Below, one piece after another: positions 19,711 through 28,900 of a stretch of DNA of 64,000 nt (position 1 is its first letter; each line of letters starts with the position of its first letter). Under the pieces are notes generated by a model. It was not told where the DNA came from and did no database searches. It saw only the letters and a list, made by a program, of their open reading frames with translations. The DNA comes from a virus: positions 32,001 through 96,000 of the IMG/VR virus record IMGVR_UViG_3300020185_000014, one strand, 5' to 3'. The translations under genes were made by a program, and so were the position numbers.

Positions 19711-21359
19711 CAGTTAATGCTCACATATGTTGATCCAGGTTGTAGGGTGATCCCGTATAAATTATATGCTTCTGATACATAACCAGCAGGAGCATCGTCG
19801 GGTTCCATCAGTATAGTTTGCCCCGTTGTCACCGCGACAGTCGAGAGCAGTGCTGCGCTCGCCCCTGTTTGGAAATTTGTCGGTTGCGTTGCAGAAGAAC
19901 GAACGGCAAAATAAAATGCTTTGGGAGTCGCGGCGGCGTTCTCGATGAATCCGCTGATAGTGTGAGACTGATTTCCCAGAACAGTGGTGTCTGATGTAAA
20001 CGTCGACCCTACAACTACATCCGCCCTTGTTGGAGGATTAGATGTTGAATTCGCGAATATATGAAAACTCGGATATGTAAATGACGCTGACAAACTCGTA
20101 TCGCTCGCTGTTCTCGTTGTGGTATATTCCGTTCCGGACACGCTCGCCGGTCGTGTAAAGGCAGTCGATAATTGTACAGACCGCCCACCGTTATTATCTT
20201 TATGAATCGGATTGGTGAAAGTAAATGTACCAGAATTCAACACATTACTGACCGACCCGCCCGTTGCTGTAACCGTATTTACCCTGTTGCTATTGTTCGA
20301 TATTCCGGAAGTCGATACGTTATATGCGGTTGACGTATACGTTTCTAGAAATGTTTTGCCGCTCAAATTAGACATCGAAATTGAATTAGAAACACTTGAC
20401 CAATTAAAACTAATCGTCGCCGTTTGGGATATAATGCCGCCCAAGTCGTTATTAAATTCGACAGTGGCGCTTGCGCTCCCGCCAGTGTGATTGCTGCTGT
20501 TTGAATATATTTGAGAGATAGCATTAGTCGTAAATGATTGCGTCCAATCGACGGTTCCGGCAGGTGGCAGAGATGGACCAGATGACGTATAATCGCCAAC
20601 GTCAGGGTCAATAATGCCGTTGATGCTTTTCAGCAAGGGTGCGACAGAAGCAACATACTGCGAAGGAAAGTCGTCGGGGTTTGAAACACTAACCGCCCAA
20701 GTGGATGCCGGCGTATCCCACGTCAAACTTTGACCATTCGCCGAGACTGTTGGACTGAACGATGCAAGTTCAAGTTGTAATAATCCGCTTGCATTGAATT
20801 GAGATCGCCTAACAACATAAGAAGTGTCGTTCTCAATCCAACCAGTGTTAATTCTCAGGTCGCCCTCTGTTTCCCAAACCAAATTTGGAACAAAAGTTTC
20901 GACTCTTGCGTTAATGTAATCTGAATCGATTAAAGCAAAAACGCCGTATGAATCAACTGCTGGGTCGACTCTTGTGTTAATATATGCAGAGTCGATTGCT
21001 GTCGTGATTAATGATATAGTCGAGACCGAATCAATACCAACATCGCCGACCCTGGTTGTGACATAGTCAGAGTCAACCAGGGAGAATATATCACCAGAAT
21101 CCAAACCATATTTTATGAGAGTGTTTATTTTCGGCGGTGGACTGCCGATGATGATTCTGTCGATCAGAGTTTGATTTGAGATAACTTTAGTCGCGGAAGA
21201 AGCGCCGACCGCAATGATGTTTGCTTGAGGTACTGCATCGGGTAGACTAATCTGGGAAGCAGAAGAACCGACAATAACTTTTTGCACTATTGTCTGTTTT
21301 GATAGAACCTTCTTAACAGTAGGATTATCAACAACAATGTTAAATACGTGTGATGTCAT
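19710..21359 (-). CDS. Virion structural protein with DS repeats and a Ser/Thr-rich beta domain
   Basis: LVDSDYVTTRV / LIDSDYINARV repeats shared with the next gene; late promoter upstream. Confidence 0.65.
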   Translation of the reverse strand: MTSHVFNIVVDNPTVKKVLSKQTIVQKVIVGSSASQISLPDAVPQANIIAVGASSATKVISNQTLIDRIIIGSPPPKINTLIKYGLDSGDIFSLVDSDYVTTRVGDVGIDSVSTISLITTAIDSAYINTRVDPAVDSYGVFALIDSDYINARVETFVPNLVWETEGDLRINTGWIENDTSYVVRRSQFNASGLLQLELASFSPTVSANGQSLTWDTPASTWAVSVSNPDDFPSQYVASVAPLLKSINGIIDPDVGDYTSSGPSLPPAGTVDWTQSFTTNAISQIYSNSSNHTGGSASATVEFNNDLGGIISQTATISFNWSSVSNSISMSNLSGKTFLETYTSTAYNVSTSGISNNSNRVNTVTATGGSVSNVLNSGTFTFTNPIHKDNNGGRSVQLSTAFTRPASVSGTEYTTTRTASDTSLSASFTYPSFHIFANSTSNPPTRADVVVGSTFTSDTTVLGNQSHTISGFIENAAATPKAFYFAVRSSATQPTNFQTGASAALLSTVAVTTGQTILMEPDDAPAGYVSEAYNLYGITLQPGSTYVSIN

Positions 21360-21395
21360 TACGCCGAGCGCCCAAAAATAAAAAATTCTAAGAAC

Positions 21396-21403
21396 TATTT
21401 ATA
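21396..21403 (-). promoter_or_regulatory. T4-type late promoter TATAAATA
   Basis: Exact consensus, intergenic. Confidence 0.85.
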
Positions 21404-21418
21404 AGTTCCAAGGATCCT

Positions 21419-21775
21419 TTATTTTGTGACAGATGGTGTCACAAATATTTGTCCTTCCATAATACGCTCAGTGATCGTATTGGTGTCGCTGTCTACATGA
21501 GAAATTTCTACATCATAAACATACTTCCTCTTCGCTTTGAGCGAATCGGTTTGGGCGTTAGTTAACGAAAGGTTGACGATGCCGTTAGCTTCCGGAGTAA
21601 CAATTTCAATAGCGAACGCAGTTTTATCTGAATCGGTTGCGCTATAACTAGGACTCAATTTTGCCGCCACAGTGAAATCGCTCAAATCTTTTGGCGTATT
21701 ATCCGAATTGACTAAGTGCAATTGGACCGCTAAATCGCTTCCTTGGTCGATTGTTAAATCTTTATAATGTGCCAT
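21419..21775 (-). CDS. Small Ig/BppU-like virion protein typical of T4-like phages
   Basis: LTIDQGSD..DL..F..G..LSLT..QT..YVYDVEI..RI.EG..VTPSVT pattern. Confidence 0.65.
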   Translation of the reverse strand: MAHYKDLTIDQGSDLAVQLHLVNSDNTPKDLSDFTVAAKLSPSYSATDSDKTAFAIEIVTPEANGIVNLSLTNAQTDSLKAKRKYVYDVEISHVDSDTNTITERIMEGQIFVTPSVTK

Positions 21776-21810
21776 ATTGTTCTCTTTAAATTATTTTTTG
21801 ATACCAATAT

Positions 21811-23733
21811 TTATTGTAATCCGCCACCGCCAAAACCACCACCTTCGATATCAGATAATGCTGTTGCCTGCAACGACCATTGCGTATCCACTACTCTATC
21901 CGTTTCGCCGCTTTTGCTAAAAGTTAATCTTACACTTCCATCGTTTTGTTGGTTTATTTCTCCTTCGCTAGTTCCAGAAAGGGCAGTGAGTCCGAACCAT
22001 AACGCTCTCTTTCCCTTACTTCCGGATGTAACTCCTTGAGCAGAAGTAGTGATACCATCAAAATTATCATCAACGGTAGAGTGGTTTGCGACAAATGTTA
22101 TTGCCCTTGCAGTCGGTGATGTCTCCCAATTGACTTGCTCGCTCAACGAATACTTAACGGTCCATCCGGCAGAAGCAATATCGTTCAACCTAAAACATTC
22201 TCGTCTATTACTATAATCTGTTCCGGTTTCTGGTATCGCAGTCATCGTACTCGTGTTGGTGGTTCCTTCGGATTTATATAAAATAGACACGGTGCTGCTA
22301 TTTCCAGCACCGGTCAGAACAGTACCTGCCCCAGCGGCATATACTATAATGTCCGACCCAGATTCTTCAACCATTAAATATCCTTCGCATCTAGATGCGG
22401 CAGTAGTACCACCAGTAGATACAATACTGCTCATGGAAACTGTATATGGGTTTGTTGAATGGAGCGGATAAACATCCATAGTAGAAGTCACCGGATCCGA
22501 CGCCGTCGAACTGGTATCGTTAATGACAACAGTATCGGATACGCTTCCAGTTGCTGTAGAATTACTATCTGTCGATGCTAATGTTAGGGTTACAGTTTCT
22601 GCACCTTCGGTCGTAGCATCAGCGTTTGCTGTAAACGAAACAGAACCAGTGTTGTTATTGATTGTAATTGTACCAGTTAGTGAAGACAAACTAATATCGT
22701 TTACAGAAACCCCAGTGATTGTATATCCGACCGTCACCCCATTTGAGATATTCGCAGTCGTCACCGTAAAGGTCGCGGCAGAAGAACCATCTTCATTGAT
22801 CGAAGCAACGTCAAAGATTCCGCTAACATAAGTTGGTACGGCAGGTGTCGTGCTAGTATCGTTAATGACAACAGTATCGGATACGCTTCCAACGTCCAAT
22901 GCTAAGGTCAACGTCTCCGCGCCTTCGGTCGTAGCATCAGCGTTTGCTGTAAATGAAACAGAACCAGTGTTGCTATTAATTGTAATTGTTCCGGTTAAAG
23001 ATGGTAGACTAATATCGTTTGCTGTAATTCCTGTGCCGGAAATAGTGTAACCGAGATTCGTACCATTCGGAACATTCGCAGTCGTCACCGTAAAGGTTGC
23101 TGCAGAAGAACCATCTTCATTGATCGAAGCAACGTCGAAGGAACCTGCATATGTTGCTGATGCGGGTGTTAAACTCGTATCAGTAACTTCTATGGTAGCT
23201 GTGTCGAGAACATTGGAATAACCTGTATCTGTTGATAATGCAACTTCCAGAGTAAATGATTCGGTTCCCTCGGTTGTATTATCTTCAACAACTTCGACTG
23301 TAAAACTTTGTGAAGAAATATTGAATGGCGCGCCGCTAAAGACGGTACTGAACGATCCCGAACTTGCAGTAAAATCAGATCCTCCGGACACGATTCTCCA
23401 GATAAAAGTTTTCGCTCCGCCAGAGTTATTTTCTATGAATGAGAAGGTTTGCTGGCGATCATTAGTTTCGTTCTTTATTACAGATTCCGGCGTTAATGCA
23501 TATGAAGAATAGACGACACCATACTCCGCGTTTCTAAATTCGTGTATACTAATCGTCGACGCATCTGTTGCATCGATACCCGTCCCGTGCAAGTCAGAAT
23601 AGGTTGCGTTCAAAGTGAGACCGGTCGCATTGCGAATATCGGTATCGTTTAACGAAACTTCTGTCTGGTGGGTTCCTCCGACAGCAACGTGGATATCGTT
23701 AAGCGATATATCATTTATTGGTATATTAGCCAT
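21811..23733 (-). CDS. Putative fibre-tip adhesin (gp38-like N-terminus) with Calx-beta/Ig-like repeats
   Basis: ISLNDIH..GG..SLND..TISIHEFRN N-terminus; repeats ADATTEGAET..VVINDTS; directly downstream of the S74 fibre gene. Confidence 0.6.
   Translation of the reverse strand: MANIPINDISLNDIHVAVGGTHQTEVSLNDTDIRNATGLTLNATYSDLHGTGIDATDASTISIHEFRNAEYGVVYSSYALTPESVIKNETNDRQQTFSFIENNSGGAKTFIWRIVSGGSDFTASSGSFSTVFSGAPFNISSQSFTVEVVEDNTTEGTESFTLEVALSTDTGYSNVLDTATIEVTDTSLTPASATYAGSFDVASINEDGSSAATFTVTTANVPNGTNLGYTISGTGITANDISLPSLTGTITINSNTGSVSFTANADATTEGAETLTLALDVGSVSDTVVINDTSTTPAVPTYVSGIFDVASINEDGSSAATFTVTTANISNGVTVGYTITGVSVNDISLSSLTGTITINNNTGSVSFTANADATTEGAETVTLTLASTDSNSTATGSVSDTVVINDTSSTASDPVTSTMDVYPLHSTNPYTVSMSSIVSTGGTTAASRCEGYLMVEESGSDIIVYAAGAGTVLTGAGNSSTVSILYKSEGTTNTSTMTAIPETGTDYSNRRECFRLNDIASAGWTVKYSLSEQVNWETSPTARAITFVANHSTVDDNFDGITTSAQGVTSGSKGKRALWFGLTALSGTSEGEINQQNDGSVRLTFSKSGETDRVVDTQWSLQATALSDIEGGGFGGGGLQ
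22514..23140. repeat. Tandem duplication of a ~105-115 aa Ig-like domain
   Basis: FDVASINEDGSSAATFTVTTAN..GSVSDTVVINDTS twice, with long identical DNA stretches. Confidence 0.85.
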
Positions 23734-23744
23734 TGTATATTATA

Positions 23745-25688
23745 TCAAAGTTTCTTGTTGATTTCGTGTATTGCTGATTGATTTCTAATACCGATGTTTT
23801 TAGCATTAGTGACCAGAGATTTTAACTCTTTGATTTCTTGTCTCAGTTTAGCGATCTCGTCAAGGTCGACCGCGGATGGCGTTTCTTGTACAGTATTAGT
23901 TACACTCGTCAATTTAGTTCCGCCCTGTTCTAGAACATCAATCCGACTTGAGAGTTTCTTCGCCTCTTCTGCGCTCGCAGATAGAACGGTCAGTTCTTTG
24001 ATCGCTTCGACTAAGACCGGAATCACCCCTTCGTATTTGACGGCAAGTTTTCCGTCGGTCGGACGTTTAACCACAATGTCCGGAATGACTTTAATAACTT
24101 GTTGAGCGAGTAACCCGATGTCGTGCCGTCTAACATAATATCCATCAATCCCGCCGCGCTGGTGTATAACTTCCTCGGTCCAGTCGAAAGAAATGCCGTC
24201 GAGTTGCCTAATGACTTCGAGGGGGTTCGGTATTCTTCTAATGTTTTCTTTCATCGTTATATCAGAAGATGAATATGCAACCACGTTCGAGGCAGACCTA
24301 ATCTCTCCAGATGCAACTATAGTTCCACCCGTACCCTGCGTTGTAATTGAACCAGTGATTTGAATATTACCATCACCGGTGATGTCGTTAGAATTTACAT
24401 CCAATCCACCGCCTAACTGTGGTGTTGTATCCTCAACAACACTAGCGATACCGGAGCTCGTATTGCCGACCAGATCAGCGCTATTCAACCATTCGCCGTT
24501 CGAATATTTCAAAACTTGACCGTCGGACGGATTCGTGATAGTAACGTCACCGATATTTTCTAGATTGTCAATAACTGCATCGGGCACAGATGTTAAGTAA
24601 TTCTGATTGGCGACCCATGTTGTTGTAGCATAAGATGCAAGATCGGTTGCTATTAGGTAATTCTGCTCGCCAACCCATGTTTCGGTCGCGTATCCGCTAG
24701 GAATACTGGTTAAGTAATTTTGCTCGCCGACCCATGTTTCGGTCGCGTATCCGCTAGGAATACTGGTTAAGTAATTTTGCTCGCCGACCCATGTTTCGGT
24801 TGCATAATCCTGATCAATTACCCAATTTTGCAAAGAATCTAATCCATCGGATAATGAGGTGAGTGCCGCGCTCGGGTCAAAATTACCAGCGTGGTAAATT
24901 ACGTTTTCAGTTATGCCATCAATCGTATGTACGAATCCATTGGCGTCCGGCGTCCAAATCGCAACCTTATCCGCAACATCATTCTCTGCCTTGATATACA
25001 ACCTCAGATCTTCGCTTCCTGGATTTAAAACATCAGCATAAATCCATAAACGATCTCCGCCGCCGGTATCAAAATCATTTAATCCGAACTGCACTCCATT
25101 ATCAGAACCATGAGGAACCTGTATTCTACGATCCGCCCTAAGTTTAGGAATAGCATCTTCGGTGACCAGCGACAACCCAAGACTAGCGGAATCAATATAA
25201 TTTTTATCCAGGACCCATGTTTCGGTTGCTACGCTTGAATAGAAACTAGGATCATCCCCAATCGCCGCAGCAATTTCGTTTAACGTGTCTAGAGTTTCAG
25301 GTGCACCGTCAATCAGATTAGATATTTGAGTCGCTACATAAGTTTCTGTGGCAAAGGTGCTCGAGAAAACAATCTGAGATTCGGCGATGGAAAGATCACT
25401 TTGAAACTGGGTTATATCCGCCGCTAAGAGCCCCGTAGTGTTCCACAGGGCGGTGTTGATATCATACCTAATGAATTGCCCGTCCAGTGGAGTTTCTGCT
25501 TGGACGTCCTGCAGTTCCATCAGGAGAGGCAAATTACCGCCGAGATTAATTTCATTAATCGCCGAAACCAGATCGCTATTCGCAGAGGTTGTTAAACTAA
25601 CCAAGTCACCTTGGTATGCAGCGACTTGGTTAAACTTGATTCGCCAAGAGTTGATTGTGTCTGTTAATTGTGCTGCAACTATTGCCAT
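23745..25688 (-). CDS. Tail fibre/whisker protein with C-terminal intramolecular chaperone (peptidase S74)
   Basis: SSDITMKENI..L.GISFDW..IGLLAQQV..P.IV..VKYEG..LVEAIKEL; LIDGAPETLDTLNEIAAAI; YATETWV repeats. Confidence 0.85.
   Translation of the reverse strand: MAIVAAQLTDTINSWRIKFNQVAAYQGDLVSLTTSANSDLVSAINEINLGGNLPLLMELQDVQAETPLDGQFIRYDINTALWNTTGLLAADITQFQSDLSIAESQIVFSSTFATETYVATQISNLIDGAPETLDTLNEIAAAIGDDPSFYSSVATETWVLDKNYIDSASLGLSLVTEDAIPKLRADRRIQVPHGSDNGVQFGLNDFDTGGGDRLWIYADVLNPGSEDLRLYIKAENDVADKVAIWTPDANGFVHTIDGITENVIYHAGNFDPSAALTSLSDGLDSLQNWVIDQDYATETWVGEQNYLTSIPSGYATETWVGEQNYLTSIPSGYATETWVGEQNYLIATDLASYATTTWVANQNYLTSVPDAVIDNLENIGDVTITNPSDGQVLKYSNGEWLNSADLVGNTSSGIASVVEDTTPQLGGGLDVNSNDITGDGNIQITGSITTQGTGGTIVASGEIRSASNVVAYSSSDITMKENIRRIPNPLEVIRQLDGISFDWTEEVIHQRGGIDGYYVRRHDIGLLAQQVIKVIPDIVVKRPTDGKLAVKYEGVIPVLVEAIKELTVLSASAEEAKKLSSRIDVLEQGGTKLTSVTNTVQETPSAVDLDEIAKLRQEIKELKSLVTNAKNIGIRNQSAIHEINKKL
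24657..24800. repeat. 57-bp in-frame tandem repeat (~2.5 copies) encoding YATETWVGEQNYLTSIPSG
   Basis: tgctcgcc recurs at 24664, 24721 and 24778. Confidence 0.9.
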
Positions 25689-25915
25689 TACTTATTCTCG
25701 ATTAATTGTAATAGAAGGGTTTTAATCTCGCTGATTTCTTCTTTTAACTCTAAGACAGTTTGATTAATTTCTTCTTGTTCTTGGAGTTTTTTGCGTTTAA
25801 TCAACTTCCTCGCTCGTGCCATTTCTATTTCATGACTGTCAACATTAACATATAATCCGGTTTTATTATTCTTAACAAGTCCAGGAAACCCATCAACTTT
25901 TAAATATTCACTCAT
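25688..25915 (-). CDS. Small conserved coiled-coil protein
   Basis: YLKVDG.PGLV..TG...N..EISEIKTLL pattern, recognised from marine T4-like phages. Confidence 0.7.
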   Translation of the reverse strand: MSEYLKVDGFPGLVKNNKTGLYVNVDSHEIEMARARKLIKRKKLQEQEEINQTVLELKEEISEIKTLLLQLIENK

Positions 25916-25918
25916 ATT

Positions 25919-28900
25919 TTATGTCGCCAGGAATTTGATTCTCAGGTCTTTGATCATCGGAACAGCAGATGAATTGGTAGACTTCATGACGATCTTGAAC
26001 TGCGCTCTGTTAAACGAAGGCAACGTACCGCCGATTCCTCCAGGCAATGCTTCTGCCTCGGAGAACGCAGAAGCAGAAGCACTATGTACTAGTCTAGATT
26101 CTGTCGCTATACTTACCCAATTCAAATCTCGAATATTCTGCCCGTCCGTTCCTGTTCTATAATAGACTTCAATATCTGCTTCTGGCGGGAGGTTGTACTT
26201 AAACAACACCTGCGCGCCGACCGCATCATTCACCAAGTCATAGACGTTGGTGATGTGCTTCGCGGCAGCAGTTCCATCCCTCGGGTCTGTCTCTGAAACT
26301 GTATCTAGGTTTGAATTATTATCGATGCAGTTTCCAACCAACGTTAATGAACAACGCTGGAGATCTACCACAGGAGACACATAATCGTTACCGCTCTTCA
26401 AGTCAACCTTAATAGTCGCCGAAGAATTACCAGACATGTATGCAGTTTCGTTTGTTCCGTTTGCTATAATTCTCGGATTGGCGTATGTGTTATTCTCGTT
26501 AGACGAAATCCTGCTGAAGAACGTGTCTTGTACATATTTGGTTTCTGACCCAGATATAGATTTACCTGTGGATAATTTACTCGAAACGACAACAGATGTT
26601 GAGTTCGGAATAATATTATCAGATTTGACATTCAGAACATCAAACTGGATATTTCTTCCTGCGACAACTTTCGTGCCGCCCACATAAGAACTAAGGGTAG
26701 CGCTGGTCCCGACATTAAACGAATATCCATCAATACCTGCCGCTGTAATAGTATGGTTACCATTTAACGCTGAACCTATGATACCGGCATAAGTTGTTGT
26801 GGGCGTTAACCCTGAAATAATCGCCTGTTCGCCGACATCCAAACCGTGACACATGTGTTTCACAGTCACCACATCACTGCCGTTCGTTGTTTTAATTGGG
26901 TTTTCTTTAAGGAGTTTTCCTGGAACACTAGCGTTATTCAGCAATAAACTTCCGTTGGTTTTGAAACTTGCTCTTGACGTCGAGAACATTAAGTTCATCG
27001 CGCCCGAAGGATTCCAAGTAGTGCCAACCTGCGGCATAAAAAATTGACCAGTCGTTTCTTGTGAAGCAACTTTCTTTGACGTCGAACCGAGAACATAGTC
27101 TTTAACGTCACCAACATATATCTTATAATCTGATGAAGGCGAACTGACAACTAATGCATATTCCGTCCAAGGACTCAGGTATATCGGTTCTTCGAATACA
27201 AAGGAAGTTGGACTCGAGGCGACAGTCGCGAGCAAAGTTGAAGACGTTTCAACAACAACATTAACGTCAGCGCTGTTAACCACAACTGATGATCCTGGTA
27301 CAGCAATTTCTGTTGAAGGCGCGCCGTTAATAATTGGTCGAAGTTTCAACATTACGGGAAGATAATCATCCTTCGCGCTGAAGAATAAATCGATCTTCGT
27401 TAAGACCACACCGAACTGATTGTCCACATAAAAACTTTGTGCCATTGGGTTTTCAGATACCGATACCGCGTCAGTCGACGTTAATGACAATTGATTCGTA
27501 TCAGTGTTAACATAGTCGGAAAGAATCGCTGACATGTTTGCTGCATACGTGCTCGGGTTAACACCCGCGACTGCCTGTTGGTTTTCGCCAATTAAATGTG
27601 GTTGTTCCAACATAATATCAGCAGGGTCAATTCCGTCAAGATAGTTTCTTATATCTCTACCTCTGTATGAAATCGGCATTGATGTATTGCTATACACTGC
27701 GGACACTGGTTCAACATCGCGAGTTGAAGTTACATTTTGTTGATTATTATCAAACACACCTGCCGTAGTGTAATGCGCAACCGCTTTACTTCCCGCAGCA
27801 TTATAATCGTTTGTCGTGATATCTAATAGTTTGAATTCTTTTCTACCCGCGCGGAAACGATTAGTCGTCGTAGATGGAATAAAGAAGGAACCAATTATCT
27901 CGCCCTTTTGATCAGAGACCAAAGGAGTAGAACCATCAGGATGACTCACAATACCGAGATCAGCATAAGTTCCGCCAAGGTCATCGTTTGTTTCTGATAC
28001 TCGTACAAAGGTAGATTCTTCACGGCACCAATCGTCAAAACGTTTGCCGTCAAAGAAAGGAATAAATCTAGTGTTGGGTTTCAACCCAGAAACTTTAAAG
28101 AAGACTTTCTTTGAACGAATCCAAGGGACTAAAGCGACATCAACATAATTGTTGCCGTATCGCGTGCGAATAGTTTCTGAAAAGAATACGCGATTAACAT
28201 GCCCTGCAGAAGAATGCCTGTCGCTGGGTTTTGCCGCAGATGACGTGTAAGTATCTTTCGCAGGTAAACCTGCTCGCGCGCCAACGCCGTTTTGATTCCT
28301 AGGGTAAACTGATTCTGCGGGTTGGTGTAAATCTTCTCCACTTCTTCCCGACCAGTTCCATTCCCACTCGTTCCAGAGCAATGCTTCATTTGTATCGAAA
28401 CGTGTTGCTCCATCAATAGCATGATTGGACCCGACTCCCGTCTGCTTCCAATCATCTGAGGCAGGAGAAAGAGTCAACTCGCCCACATATGCATGACTGT
28501 TGAATGGGTTGACCGCAATTGATTTTGATGCGAGTGTGTTAAATTTCCATGACGCAGAGTCATACGACAAATACACATTATCGCCCCGTACCACAACACC
28601 GCTCGACGAACCATTATCGATAACTAACCTGATGTTGTCTTCGTCGAATCCAGGACGTAGAGTTTTGCTTTCGGGATCGATCGCTCCGGAGTATTCTTTC
28701 GAACCAGTATCAGAACCAATTTGATCGCTAAAATCATCAACCACAAATCCAGACTCTAATCTTAACTCTCCGTCTGAATCAAACAATTGAGATAGTTTAC
28801 TTTCCATTTCTAGAAAACTTAACGAGGTAGATTGTTCTAGTTTATCGACTTTGTTTTCTAGATCTCGAATATCCGCCATCGTATATCGTCGATGATCAAC

